A DNA stretch of 53,553 bases from Patescibacteria group bacterium (GTDB lineage: Bacteria; Patescibacteriota; Minisyncoccia; Phycocordibacterales; UBA2100): assembly GCA_021731295.1 (NCBI GenBank), contig JAKFXQ010000024.1, positions 1 through 53,553 on the forward strand. The letters run 5' to 3'. The translations under genes were made by a program, and so were the position numbers. Of this stretch, positions 1-11,316 are shown piece by piece; position 1 is the first letter of the stretch; every line of letters begins with the position of its first letter. The notes beneath the pieces were generated by a model. That model had not been told where the DNA came from and searched no databases. It was given only the letters and a program-made list of their open reading frames with translations.

Positions 1-15
1 GGGTATACTGCCCCT

Positions 16-378
16 ATGGCAGATAAAAAACTCCTGGTCGTTGATGACGATCCGCAGATTACGAGCACTCTTGGTGATCTCCTTACCAAAGCCGGCGTTC
101 AGGTCCAGCTGGCAAACACGTATGACGAAGGACTTGCCGCAGTGAAAGCGGGTGGCATCGACATCGCAGTCATTGACCTTATGCTCGCCGACAAAGACGG
201 CATGGATTTGATTCGCGAAATTAAGAGTCTCGAACCGAAGCCCGCCATCATGGTCCTCACCAACTCATTGAAATCGGAAGACGTTGCAGAAGCAATGGAG
301 GAAGGCATTACGGTCTTTCTTCAGAAAGCAGACCACGACCCCGAAGACATTGTGCGCACCATCATGCAGAAAATATAA
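16..378 (+). CDS. Single-domain response regulator (CheY-like receiver)
   Basis: LLVVDDD acidic pocket, IAVIDLML phosphoacceptor Asp, MVLT and FLQK motifs; TATACT 6 nt upstream of ATG. Confidence 0.93.
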   Translation: MADKKLLVVDDDPQITSTLGDLLTKAGVQVQLANTYDEGLAAVKAGGIDIAVIDLMLADKDGMDLIREIKSLEPKPAIMVLTNSLKSEDVAEAMEEGITVFLQKADHDPEDIVRTIMQKI

Positions 379-398
379 GTCGGACGGAAAACAAACGT

Positions 399-434
399 AA
401 GAGCGGCCGCCGGGTATGCCCGGCGGCCGCTTTC
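399..434. terminator. Hairpin terminator between convergent genes
   Basis: AGCGGCCGCCGGG-TATG-CCCGGCGGCCGCT inverted repeat. Confidence 0.75.
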
Positions 435-450
435 GATGTTGCAGTGTCTG

Positions 451-2379
451 TCACTGCTTGATGTGCTTCAGGAACCAGTCCACGTACCGGCGCACTTGCC
501 GTTGCGTGTACCCCTGTGCCTTCATGCGTGCGACAAACGCCACGTGCTTCTCATCAAGCTCCTTCGACTTCTTCTCGCCGAAGGCAATGATGTCAGCAAT
601 GGACGCCTCGGTGCGCTTGAGTTTGGCTTCACCTTGGGCAGCGCCTTTCTCGAAGAGCAGTCTCGTCTTCTGATCGAGCGCGTCCCAGATGGGAGCTGTA
701 GCACCGTTCCTAGCACGATGGTGCAAGACTTGGTTCACCACCGATTTCCGGAATTCCTTCCGGTTATCGAGACCGAGAGGCTCCTCGATTTTGAGGAGTT
801 CCCCGTCCTGCCACTCCTTGCCGTGGATGTCACCCGTTGCAGGGTCTTTCCAGTCCTGATCATCGCTCCAGGTGTCGCCAATCGAGAAGTACCGCTCGGC
901 ATTGGACTGCGCGAGCGACGCGTGACGCTCGATGTACGAACTCCGGATAACCGCACCGACGATTTCGTTGATGCGTGACGCGGCGTCCTCTTTGAGCATG
1001 TTCGGGAGCGAGGCGTTAGAAAGTACATTCACGCCACGCTTGAGCATGCTCTCGAGCTCTTCGTAGAGCACGATTTCATCCAGCGCAATTTCCGACGAGT
1101 CGGCGTGTGCCGCCTTATCGAGAACCGCAAACATGTCGCGCTCTGAGATGCCGCCCATGCCGGGCACCTTATCCGCGTTCGCGAGAATCTTCGGAATCGT
1201 GTGTTCTTTCTCGCGATCATTCCTCGGCGGTTGCCCGTCGAAGACACGCATGTTGGTCACCGAACCTCCCGGAATACGGGAAAGTGCGGCAATCATTGCT
1301 GGAATCTCCAGTGCATGCGGCGTCATTGGTAAGCCGTTCAGGTCACTTGTCCGTAGGTACATGCGGTAGATGTCTTGAATCTCCGTCATGCGGATGCACA
1401 GCGGGAACGCGATTGCATGAATTCGTCCGACGATGCCTTCGTTGGTCTCCTTCTTCCGGAACGAGTTCCATGCGGCCTCGTTCGTGTGCGCGATGATGCA
1501 CCCTTCGTACGGAAGCTCTCCGATGCCGGAAGCCGCGTACGAACGGTCCTGCGTCGCTCCGAGAAGCGGTTGCAGGCGCTGTGGATTGTCCACGTTGCAC
1601 ATTTCCACGAGTTCGAGGAGGCCCTGCGTCGTGCGATTCAGGCCACCAGTGTATGCGTAACTCTCCGGCGAACCAGACTCGTGTGCTCGTCCAACGAATG
1701 CGCTCACGTCTCCGCGAGCACCATCACCCGGCACCACCTTGGCGATACCGACACGCAAGTGCTGTGAGGGCTTCACCCGCTTAACGACAAACTTGAACGG
1801 GTCGCCGCCGAACCGCCGCAGATGCTCCGCGCCCCACAAAGACAGTGGTGCGACAAAGCGCGACTGCGGAATATGGCAGTCCGTCTCAAGCAGGTCCCTT
1901 TGCCGCTGGTCTTGAAAAAGTCCGAGAGGACTCTCGTAGACCGGACTGGTGATGACTTTGTCACCCTCTTTCACCGCAAGGACGAACATCGGCTCGCGCT
2001 CCGCAAGCTCGCGCAAGCGGGTAGCGAGCGTCGACTTGCCGCATCCGACCGGCCCGTAGAACAGCGCGACGCGCCGCCAAGGGATAAGGCCTTTTGAGGC
2101 TGCCTCGAAGTACTGGACGATTTCGTCGATGACCGACTCGACGCCGAAGAAGTCTCCAAACGCTGGGTAGCGCTTGATGGTCTTCCCCTGGAACAGGCGG
2201 TTCAACCGCTCGTCCCGCGTGGTATCGATGACCGTCGGCTCGCCGATTGCGCGGCGAATCCGGCCGCCGATGTTCGCGGACAGGAGAGGGTCGCTTCCCC
2301 ATGCATCGAGATATTCTTCGAGCGTGAGGACAGGTTCCGCGTCTTGCGACACGAAGCCCAACTTCTCTCTAAGCGACAT
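451..2379 (-). CDS. prkA: PrkA/YeaG-family AAA+ serine protein kinase (divergent)
   Basis: FFGVESVIDEIVQYF, Walker A GPVGCGKST, SPVYESPLGLF, YAYTGGLNR, GLLELVEM, IIAHTNE; start moved to ATG 2379 behind an AGAGGAG SD. Confidence 0.88.
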   Translation of the reverse strand: MSLREKLGFVSQDAEPVLTLEEYLDAWGSDPLLSANIGGRIRRAIGEPTVIDTTRDERLNRLFQGKTIKRYPAFGDFFGVESVIDEIVQYFEAASKGLIPWRRVALFYGPVGCGKSTLATRLRELAEREPMFVLAVKEGDKVITSPVYESPLGLFQDQRQRDLLETDCHIPQSRFVAPLSLWGAEHLRRFGGDPFKFVVKRVKPSQHLRVGIAKVVPGDGARGDVSAFVGRAHESGSPESYAYTGGLNRTTQGLLELVEMCNVDNPQRLQPLLGATQDRSYAASGIGELPYEGCIIAHTNEAAWNSFRKKETNEGIVGRIHAIAFPLCIRMTEIQDIYRMYLRTSDLNGLPMTPHALEIPAMIAALSRIPGGSVTNMRVFDGQPPRNDREKEHTIPKILANADKVPGMGGISERDMFAVLDKAAHADSSEIALDEIVLYEELESMLKRGVNVLSNASLPNMLKEDAASRINEIVGAVIRSSYIERHASLAQSNAERYFSIGDTWSDDQDWKDPATGDIHGKEWQDGELLKIEEPLGLDNRKEFRKSVVNQVLHHRARNGATAPIWDALDQKTRLLFEKGAAQGEAKLKRTEASIADIIAFGEKKSKELDEKHVAFVARMKAQGYTQRQVRRYVDWFLKHIKQ

Positions 2380-2486
2380 GACTGTTACTCCTCTGTAGGT
2401 GTGAGTCTCAAAGAACGAGACCCACGATGAGTACGTGGGGGTTACCCGGATGCACCCTAGCACGGGAGGATGTGGTAGCGGAAGCG

Positions 2487-3785
2487 TTAGGAAAGCGCCT
2501 CGACGGACGCGCCCAGCTTCGTCAGACGCTCGTGCAAATTCTCGTACCCGCGGTTTATCGGATACACATCATGCAGGGTGGACTCCCCTTCAGCTGCCAT
2601 CATGCCTATCAAAAGAATGGTTGCGGGGCGTAGTGCGGGCGGCGAATCGATATCTGCTCCGTGCAACTTTGTCGGGCCGTGCACAACAACACGATGCGGG
2701 TCGAGCAATTCCATCTGCGCGCCAAGTTCTGTCATGAGCATGTAGTGCTTGGCACGACCGTCGTACACCCAATCGTGAATCATGGTGTCGCCTTTCGCCT
2801 GCGTGGCGACCGGCACGAAGAACGGGAGGTTGTCTATATTGATACCGGGGTACGGACGCGGAGCAATTTTCTCTGGTGCGGCGCGCAACTCGGACGGCTT
2901 CACGACAATGTCGCAGAGTTTTGTATGCCCATTCTCTGCCAAGTACATCGCACCGACCTCGTACTTCAATCCCATGTGTCCAAGCGTAAACAGTTCCAAT
3001 TCGAGGAAATCTATCGGGCAGCGTTTGATGGTTAGTTCCGAACGCGTGGTCGCCGCAAGCGAAACAAAAAACATGCTTTCAATCGGGTCTTCGCTCGGGT
3101 ACGCAATAATGTCTTTGTTGATATCTTCAACACCATGCACAACAAGCGTGGATGTGCCGATGCCGTCTATCTCTACGCCACATTGCTCCAAGAAGATGCA
3201 CAAATCCTGCACCATGTAATTGGCGCTCGCGAATTTAATCGTCGTCTCCCCCGGGATGCGCGCCGCCGCCATCAGTACGTTCTCGACGCCGGTGTCCGAC
3301 GCTTCGTACATGATGATGTCGGCCGGCTGTTTCCAGCGCGCCTCGACATGGTATGTATGCGTCTCTTCATTTCCAGTCAAAACAATACCGAGCTTCTGTA
3401 GCGCATCTATGTGGCTACCCAGCGAGCGCTTGCCCAAGTCGCACCCACTCGGTGCCGGTAAATCGAATGAATGGATGATGTGCGACAACGGGCCCACAAA
3501 CATCGCAATGGAGCGCGTGCGCGCCGCAGCATCACGATTGATGGTATCGAGTCGCAGTTCGTGAGGCTGGATGACGACGTCACCATTCTGCCACTCGACC
3601 GAGACACCAATGGATTGCAGTACTTCGATGATGCGATTCACTTCTTCTATCTTCGGCATGCGTTTCAGTGTCGTCTTTCCGCGATTCAGAAGAGACGCGC
3701 ACAGCAGAGCAACCGCCGCGTTCTTCGAGACGTTGGTCGAGACTTCACCCGACAGTTTTTTACCCCCGATGACGCGATAGTTCAT
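2487..3785 (-). CDS. murA: UDP-N-acetylglucosamine 1-carboxyvinyltransferase
   Basis: GGKKLSGEV...SKNAA, catalytic loop SGCDLGKRS, PYPG, INRGYENLHERL; start at MNYRV. Confidence 0.95.
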   Translation of the reverse strand: MNYRVIGGKKLSGEVSTNVSKNAAVALLCASLLNRGKTTLKRMPKIEEVNRIIEVLQSIGVSVEWQNGDVVIQPHELRLDTINRDAAARTRSIAMFVGPLSHIIHSFDLPAPSGCDLGKRSLGSHIDALQKLGIVLTGNEETHTYHVEARWKQPADIIMYEASDTGVENVLMAAARIPGETTIKFASANYMVQDLCIFLEQCGVEIDGIGTSTLVVHGVEDINKDIIAYPSEDPIESMFFVSLAATTRSELTIKRCPIDFLELELFTLGHMGLKYEVGAMYLAENGHTKLCDIVVKPSELRAAPEKIAPRPYPGINIDNLPFFVPVATQAKGDTMIHDWVYDGRAKHYMLMTELGAQMELLDPHRVVVHGPTKLHGADIDSPPALRPATILLIGMMAAEGESTLHDVYPINRGYENLHERLTKLGASVEALS

Positions 3786-3790
3786 ATGCC

Positions 3791-4213
3791 TTAGCCAAGG
3801 AATGTTAGCAGAGAAAAGAGAGTAATGAGAGCCCCGTACATATGCCACATGCCGTGATTGAGCCCATAGCCCCCGTACTGCTTATGCTTCGCGATGTAGT
3901 GATAGTACAGTGCGAGCATGAGGAACAGGACAGCTATAGGGAAATACGGAGCAGCGAAACTTCCAAGGTAAATGACGACTATATTGGCGAGTATGAGGGT
4001 CCATGCCGCCTTATTGTCGAACCATCCCCACCGTGTCTCGCGAGACAAGTGATACAACAACCCGAGCAGGATGACCATCCCTATCACGACGCCATGTACT
4101 GCCATTCGAGCGTTAAGCGCAACCATGAGTGGCGCGAGATAGAACGCATTGCTCCAGACCTCGTATCGCTTCCATAGACGCAAATCCAATCCCGTTGAGC
4201 GTGCGAATGTCAT
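3791..4213 (-). CDS. Small multi-pass membrane protein, CREST/ceramidase-like motifs
   Basis: About 5 hydrophobic helices; SNAFY, LYH..D, HGMWH motifs. Confidence 0.7.
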   Translation of the reverse strand: MTFARSTGLDLRLWKRYEVWSNAFYLAPLMVALNARMAVHGVVIGMVILLGLLYHLSRETRWGWFDNKAAWTLILANIVVIYLGSFAAPYFPIAVLFLMLALYYHYIAKHKQYGGYGLNHGMWHMYGALITLFSLLTFLG

Positions 4214-4260
4214 GTGTGTATCTCCGCCAACCATCCCACAACAGGATGGTTCATGGAACT

Positions 4261-4749
4261 CTATTGTAGCGCCTTCTGCAGGACGAGTTCGTAATCTCCG
4301 TAACCAACTGCACGATATGCCGCAACAGCTTCAGGATTGTTTGTAAGTACGCCGATACGCAGACGGTGAACGTCGGGTAGTTGGGCGAAGTGATTCTCAA
4401 TCGCCGCGTGGAGCGACGTGAACACACCCGCGCCGCGGTACGCCTCAAACACGAACGCATCCGACACATAGCCGTAGGTGGTTGAGTCCGGCGTCTCGTT
4501 CACATTGTCCTCGCTCTCGACCCACCCGACGATAAAGCCGACCAGTTCTTCCCCCTCGTATGCACAGAGAAATGCGCCTCGTTTCGACTGCACGTTGTCG
4601 AGTAGCACCTTCAAATAAGCCTGTGCTCCCTCTTCTGTAGCTTCGACGCGTGTATCGCTCAACGGAACCTCGTGTGCCTGCAAACGCATGAGACCCTCGC
4701 AGACGGCCGGCGCGTCCGCCTCTCGATACGGCTCGATGCGGATATCCAT
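4261..4749 (-). CDS. GNAT-family N-acetyltransferase
   Basis: VFEAYRGAGV acetyl-CoA motif A and NPEAVAAYRAVGY motif B. Confidence 0.9.
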   Translation of the reverse strand: MDIRIEPYREADAPAVCEGLMRLQAHEVPLSDTRVEATEEGAQAYLKVLLDNVQSKRGAFLCAYEGEELVGFIVGWVESEDNVNETPDSTTYGYVSDAFVFEAYRGAGVFTSLHAAIENHFAQLPDVHRLRIGVLTNNPEAVAAYRAVGYGDYELVLQKALQ

Positions 4750-4753
4750 ACTT

Positions 4754-4828
4754 TGGTGCGCGCTGAAGGGATCGAACCTTCGGCCTTCCCCTTATCAGAG
4801 GGATGCTCTACCACTGAGCTAAGCGCGC
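4754..4828 (-). tRNA. tRNA-Ile(GAT)
   Basis: GCGCGCT acceptor, TAGCTCAGTGGTAGAGC D arm, anticodon loop CT-GAT-AA, GGTTCGATCC T arm, encoded CCA. Confidence 0.97.
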
Positions 4829-5015
4829 AAAAATCAAACGTCTCCCCTTCGCGGCTGACTCCCACAGGTGATTCGGCATCATCCACCGGAGCTAGGCGCG
4901 CAGGCACTTCGGCCTAGGCCGTTGTCCGCCGATGGTAGCAAAAACCCGGCCCAGATGCTAGCATCTTTTCCCATGAGCCGATGGGACGGCTCATGACACT
5001 CAAAGGAGGAAAAGC

Positions 5016-5204
5016 ATGGCTTTCTCTGGCCGACGCGAACCGCACCTGACGAAGGACAAAGACGGCAAGCCCAAGAAGAAGGGCCCGCACGTCCCCACCG
5101 TCAAAGAGACCCGAGGGGTCGAGTTCCGAGGCCGAGGCCGCAAGAAAATCTACCTGGCCGGCAAATGCGTCAGGCAGAAGCCGGACCAGAACGTCCAGAC
5201 CTGA
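5016..5204 (+). CDS. Small basic hypothetical protein (62 aa)
   Basis: AAAGGAGG SD before ATG, Lys/Arg-rich, followed by a hairpin at ~5226-5256. Confidence 0.65.
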   Translation: MAFSGRREPHLTKDKDGKPKKKGPHVPTVKETRGVEFRGRGRKKIYLAGKCVRQKPDQNVQT

Positions 5205-5318
5205 CCCACAGAGGGTCGTGTATACAAAGGGGGGCGCCGCACAGCGGCGCCCTTTCACGTTGTGCAATGTACTGCTACTCTTTTTATAGCGACGTTGTGT
5301 CGCTGAAGGGAGGTTCTC

Positions 5319-5489
5319 ATGGCTGATGTTGTGCCTACCGTTGTTATTGTCCGCGAAGGCAGGCGGCGCAAAGGCCGCCAGAGTACGTACAAGAGAGTCA
5401 TCCGCGCGCTCCGATGGATTCGGCAGAATGCGGTGACCCGCTTCCCCAAACCAAACCCGCCCGTCGACGAAGTCGGGCACCTGCGCTGA
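5319..5489 (+). CDS. Small Arg-rich hypothetical protein (56 aa, MADVVPTVVIVREGRRRKGRQ...; not in ORF track)
   Basis: GGGAGGT SD before ATG 5319, TGA 5487-5489, downstream GCCGGCT/AGCCGGC hairpin. Confidence 0.55.
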   Translation: MADVVPTVVIVREGRRRKGRQSTYKRVIRALRWIRQNAVTRFPKPNPPVDEVGHLR

Positions 5490-5746
5490 AGCAGGTATTT
5501 GCATGAAAGACAGGCGCCGGCTCAACAGCCGGCGTTCTGCTATGTGTATGTGTAAAAAAGTCCGCCTGGCGAACCTTACGTAAAATGCTGGGTCTTCGCG
5601 AGGCGGAACCTGGCTTTTTTTCTGGAATAGGCGCGGCCCACCGGCCGCCCTCTTTCACGAGCACGCCGATTCAGCTCTGCGAATAGCGCAGAGCGTTCTC
5701 GGCGCGATCCAGTAAGTCTTCGCAATCACGTGCGTCAGATGTGCAT

Positions 5747-6058
5747 ATGAACACACTTAAAACCAGTCTCTTTATCATGGGCCTCATCGCACTAGCGGCG
5801 ATTGCCTACGCGCTCATGGCACAGCCAGCGCCGAACGTGGACACTCGGGCAGAAACGCCGCGGGCGCAGGAAAACATGGACGCCGCGCCGTCAGCGAAAA
5901 TAAACATTGACGCGGTCTGTGAAGGCGCGCTTGCATATATGACCTTCCCCGACGGCGCAGCCGCAGACGTCTTCGTCGGCGAATGCAAAGAAGGCAAGCA
6001 TCCCGAAGTTATCGAAAAATACAAAGCGAGCTTGAACCTAGACGGAGCGACTATATAG
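5747..6058 (+). CDS. Membrane-anchored hypothetical protein
   Basis: N-terminal TM helix, linker, C-terminal two-Cys domain (CEGAL...ECKEG). Confidence 0.75.
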   Translation: MNTLKTSLFIMGLIALAAIAYALMAQPAPNVDTRAETPRAQENMDAAPSAKINIDAVCEGALAYMTFPDGAAADVFVGECKEGKHPEVIEKYKASLNLDGATI

Positions 6059-6113
6059 ATGATTGCGGGAATAGGCGCCATTTGGTAGCGTCCAGACGGT
6101 AGAAGCAACCGGA

Positions 6114-6677
6114 GTGAAGCAGATGCCTTATAGTCCATCTGTCGTCGACGTATGCGAGAAGTTCGCGAAGACTTTCGGCAAACCAGAGTCTGTGTACTAC
6201 CCAGGGTGCGGCGATGATTCGTCCCCGTATGTCGGCTTCCCCGACACGGACATCGTGTTTGTCGACCCCGAAGAGCGCAGTATCGCGTCCCTCGTGTGTG
6301 AGTGCCCGAACGCAACGACAATCTGCACGAAGGCGGAAAATGTGCGACGCGGTCGTAAATTCGATCTGGTCCTCAGTGTTCATTCCCATGCACCGTTCGA
6401 GGCCGAGATATGGGACCTGAAAATAGGAGGTCGCCTGATAATCGCCAACAAGATGTCAGACCGCGCCTTTGAACACTCCAAGCAACTCGCGCTCGTCGGC
6501 GCCTGTCGGTGGAAGACCGGCTACGTACATGACGGGCTCGGCGACATCGAAACAAGCGACCTCGACAAGTACAAGGAGGTGGACCCGAACTACAGGATTC
6601 CCACATTCTCTAACCGGCGCAAGATAAAGGCTGCGTTCTATATTTTCGAGAGAATCAGGGGACTGCTAGTAGAGTGA
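6114..6677 (+). CDS. Class I SAM-dependent methyltransferase-like protein
   Basis: VYYPGCGDD motif I, VFVD, KFDLVLS, LKIGGRLII. Confidence 0.75.
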   Translation: MKQMPYSPSVVDVCEKFAKTFGKPESVYYPGCGDDSSPYVGFPDTDIVFVDPEERSIASLVCECPNATTICTKAENVRRGRKFDLVLSVHSHAPFEAEIWDLKIGGRLIIANKMSDRAFEHSKQLALVGACRWKTGYVHDGLGDIETSDLDKYKEVDPNYRIPTFSNRRKIKAAFYIFERIRGLLVE

Positions 6678-6764
6678 CTACCTTGTCCCACGCACGCGGC
6701 GCTCCCCATGGGGGCGCCGCTGTCTTTTATTGCATGCCCTTCACGCGCGAGGCATAGTTTCGAC

Positions 6765-6950
6765 ATGGAAGACAAAGAGGCGGCGAAAGTGCTTGAATCG
6801 ATACTCAAGAAGTACGAGTTATCGGATGCGGAAAAAGATGCCCTGCGTCAGGCGATAGGAGTGCTTGCGTGGACGAAGCTCATCGAGGGGTACACGGAGA
6901 ATCGCAAAAAGGCGCGAGATAGGAAACTGCGGGACGCGGGAATGGATTAG
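6765..6950 (+). CDS. Small helical hypothetical protein
   Basis: MEDKEAAK... helical ORF; CATAGT 6 nt upstream of ATG. Confidence 0.65.
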   Translation: MEDKEAAKVLESILKKYELSDAEKDALRQAIGVLAWTKLIEGYTENRKKARDRKLRDAGMD

Positions 6951-6953
6951 AAC

Positions 6954-7409
6954 TCAAGCGTTTTTTCTCGCCTTCCGCTCAAGCTTCGCTGACACTCCGG
7001 CGATTACGAGCGACGTAACGATAAGGAACAGACCGATGGCGACGCCGCCTGCAATGTCGTCTTCGCCACGAATAGCGAGAACGACGTATGCCAATGCGAC
7101 AGAAATGAAGCCCGCAAACAACAGTGCGCAGTTTCTTATCCTGCGCAACGCATGCACGGATTCCGGCGAGCACATGTTGCCGCGCCCGACGTAGCCGGCG
7201 AGTCTAAAGGCCGAGTACAGCCCCACGAATACGGCAATAAACGATACATACACGTACGCGAGGAACGGGTCGTCGAAGTAAATATCGTAGAGCGAGGTCG
7301 CATTCGCGTTCACGCCTTCGAGATGCGGCTCATAGAGCAGAACTATTAGGAGACCGATGCCGAGAGCGACAATCACGACCTGCAGGCATAGCATCGCGGC
7401 CCGCTGCAT
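6954..7409 (-). CDS. DUF2975-like membrane protein
   Basis: 4 TM helices; EPHLEG.N, DPFLAY, SVHALRRIRNCA. Confidence 0.8.
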   Translation of the reverse strand: MQRAAMLCLQVVIVALGIGLLIVLLYEPHLEGVNANATSLYDIYFDDPFLAYVYVSFIAVFVGLYSAFRLAGYVGRGNMCSPESVHALRRIRNCALLFAGFISVALAYVVLAIRGEDDIAGGVAIGLFLIVTSLVIAGVSAKLERKARKNA

Positions 7410-7412
7410 ACA

Positions 7413-7892
7413 CTATCCACGTCGTGCCGCCTCAATCGCAGCGACGTCAATTTTTCCCATCGTCATCATCACGTCAAATGCGCGTTTGGCTTCGTCACCT
7501 CCGGCCGCGAGCGCTTCAATGAGAACGCGCGGTGTAATCTGCCAGTTCACTCCCCACTTGTCCTTGCACCAACCGCACTGGCTTTCAGCTCCGCCGTTCC
7601 CCACAATCGCGTTCCAGTACTTATCAGTTTCTGCTTGGTCGTCCGTCGCTATCTGAAATGAGAACGCCTCGGTCTGCTTGAATGCAGGACCTCCGTTGAG
7701 ACCGATGCACGGTATTCCGCACACGGTGAACTCGACAACGATGACGTCTCCTGCCTTGCCGTCGGGAAAATCAGACGGGGCTTTCTGAACGCTCGTTACC
7801 GCACTGTCTGGGAACGTGGCGGCATAAAACTCCGCCGCAGCCTGCGCGTCCTTATCGAACCAGATACAAATGGTGTTTTTTGGGATGGTCAT
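7413..7892 (-). CDS. VOC/PhnB family protein
   Basis: ICIWFD..A.EFY...FPDS, LNGGP.F, DQAETDKYWNA, CGWCKDKWGVNWQITP. Confidence 0.93.
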   Translation of the reverse strand: MTIPKNTICIWFDKDAQAAAEFYAATFPDSAVTSVQKAPSDFPDGKAGDVIVVEFTVCGIPCIGLNGGPAFKQTEAFSFQIATDDQAETDKYWNAIVGNGGAESQCGWCKDKWGVNWQITPRVLIEALAAGGDEAKRAFDVMMTMGKIDVAAIEAARRG

Positions 7893-7919
7893 GAGGATAG
7901 TGTAACAAATTGGCCAATT

Positions 7920-8663
7920 TCAAATCTGCAAGGGTGTGCCAGTTAATAATGTTGGATACGGGTCTGTGTGGTTTCGTTTTCCGAAATTAATGCGACCATC
8001 TTCCGTATACACTAGTTTGCCGGGGTCATCCAACCACTTCTTGTACTCGTCTGCTATGTCTAATGTTATCGCATCGAAAACTGGTGAGATTTGAGCAACG
8101 GTCCAGAAATTCTTTGTCTTTTCGAGATCAATTTCATCGTCCACATGCTCGAGTCCCACGCCATGAAATACTAAAACTACATTTTTGATGTTTACTAGTT
8201 TGTTTTGAAGGTCTCTGCCTACTTGCATCAAGTCATATTTTCCAGGTACCTCCACAAATCCGCATAGTATGTATTTTTCTGACAGGATATTTTCCTGGTC
8301 TTTCTTCAGAATGTTGGAAATCAGTTCCTCATCCGGATTAATACATCTTGTGACCTCAAGTTCCCTTGCGTGGAAATAACCTTTTTCAGTGATAGTCATG
8401 ACTGCCATGTCAGGAGGATCGTTCTTGGGCTTACCCAGCCAGAAATCTTTTCTCTCTCTATGCTGCATAGCCAATGCCAGCATGGTAGTGGTCCAGACCT
8501 CGATAGTTCCCGTATCCATCTTGTCGAGAGATCTCTTACCAGCTGCATGCATCCGATTGAACGCTTCCTGGATACCACTCCCCGCTCGGTGCCAATAAGG
8601 AACCTCCTTTAGGTGTAGGAGCTCCCATTTGCTTGTTTTGCTTAGGTCACCGACAAAATGCAT
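7920..8663 (-). CDS. AT-rich hypothetical protein, possible PD-(D/E)XK-like fold
   Basis: 247-aa ORF visibly lower in GC than flanks; DPPD...ELEVT pattern. Confidence 0.7.
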   Translation of the reverse strand: MHFVGDLSKTSKWELLHLKEVPYWHRAGSGIQEAFNRMHAAGKRSLDKMDTGTIEVWTTTMLALAMQHRERKDFWLGKPKNDPPDMAVMTITEKGYFHARELEVTRCINPDEELISNILKKDQENILSEKYILCGFVEVPGKYDLMQVGRDLQNKLVNIKNVVLVFHGVGLEHVDDEIDLEKTKNFWTVAQISPVFDAITLDIADEYKKWLDDPGKLVYTEDGRINFGKRNHTDPYPTLLTGTPLQI

Positions 8664-8796
8664 GAGTGCACCGTAACACCTGCTCTAGAGTCATTCCAGT
8701 GAAAGTTAGTGGAGCAAAAAACCGCCTTTTGTAGGGCGGTTTATTGCCTTTGTTTCGATTTACGTCCTTGTGTTCCGCTCGTGATATCCTCAATGA

Positions 8797-9123
8797 ATGA
8801 ATTGGCTCTCCTCCCAGAAATCCCCCGTCCGAGTCGCAATCATCACCGGACTCATTCTCCTCATCCCTCTCGTACTCACACTCCTCAATTCGAACGCCTC
8901 GCTGTATGGCGGCGCGGGTGGCGGATGGGATTGGGCGCCGATGGATTTCCTTGCGATGGGATTCCTCCTTTTCATCGCGGGGATGGCGATTGATTTCGTC
9001 GCACGCCGTTTCCATCCCCTTTTCCGCTACGTAACTATCGCGGTGATTGTCCTCGCCTTCCTCGCGCTCTGGGTCGAGCTCGCCGTTGATGGTGTGTCGC
9101 AATTCCTCGAGTTTATTTTCTAA
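8797..9123 (+). CDS. Small membrane protein
   Basis: 3 TM helices, WDWAPMDF and LWVELAVD motifs. Confidence 0.8.
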   Translation: MNWLSSQKSPVRVAIITGLILLIPLVLTLLNSNASLYGGAGGGWDWAPMDFLAMGFLLFIAGMAIDFVARRFHPLFRYVTIAVIVLAFLALWVELAVDGVSQFLEFIF

Positions 9124-9163
9124 CGCAATGGGCCGCCCGAACTTCTGTTCGGGCGGACCTCCA

Positions 9164-9385
9164 CTACGCCGTCTTGAGCGGCGGTTCAGGAAACATATCC
9201 TTGCAGCCCTGACAGATGTTCGGCACATCGTCATCCGGCCAGAATACGAATCCCGCGACGACGGTGACTTCTTTGCAGAAGAAACACTGTTCGTCGGGGG
9301 TGCCGAGGATGTAGTCGTAGAACTCAATGTCATCTTTCGTCAGCTTCCGCTCCTCGGCCCACTTCCGCACTTCTTCTCTCGTCAT
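9164..9385 (-). CDS. Small putative Zn-binding protein
   Basis: CFFC and CQGC pairs; AGAGGAG SD upstream. Confidence 0.65.
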   Translation of the reverse strand: MTREEVRKWAEERKLTKDDIEFYDYILGTPDEQCFFCKEVTVVAGFVFWPDDDVPNICQGCKDMFPEPPLKTA

Positions 9386-9664
9386 GACGTCACTCCTCTG
9401 CGCTCATGTGCGACATGCGTCCTTCGGGAATCTACCACGGGAACGCACGCATAACGAAAAAGCCCCGCAGCCGTTCAGGCAGGGGGTGTTTTTCGATTCT
9501 CGTTTTGCGCGACACTAGTGATTCACACTCTTTTGTTCCGTCCAAGCGCCGGTCTATTTCCGACTGTCAGGTATCAGTTGAGGTTGAATACCATTACCTA
9601 TTCTGTGCTCGATCGAGACACAGAAACCGACTCGGTGAGCATCCGAAGATGCAACACCTTCCTG

Positions 9665-11123
<1,459 letters not shown>

Positions 11124-11316
11124 AGTCCTTGCGGACTTTATATAGAATGGACGGAACAAAAGAATGTAATTCTTTCTTCCGATTTAGTTACTTAACTAGT
11201 GTGTGCGCTTATACCACTATTCGTATGTAAACGAGCAACGCTGCGACACCGAAAACCCTCTTCGGGAATTTCGTCCTCCGAAGCCAAGAAAGCTTGCGAG
11301 AGAGGCAGGTGGGGAC

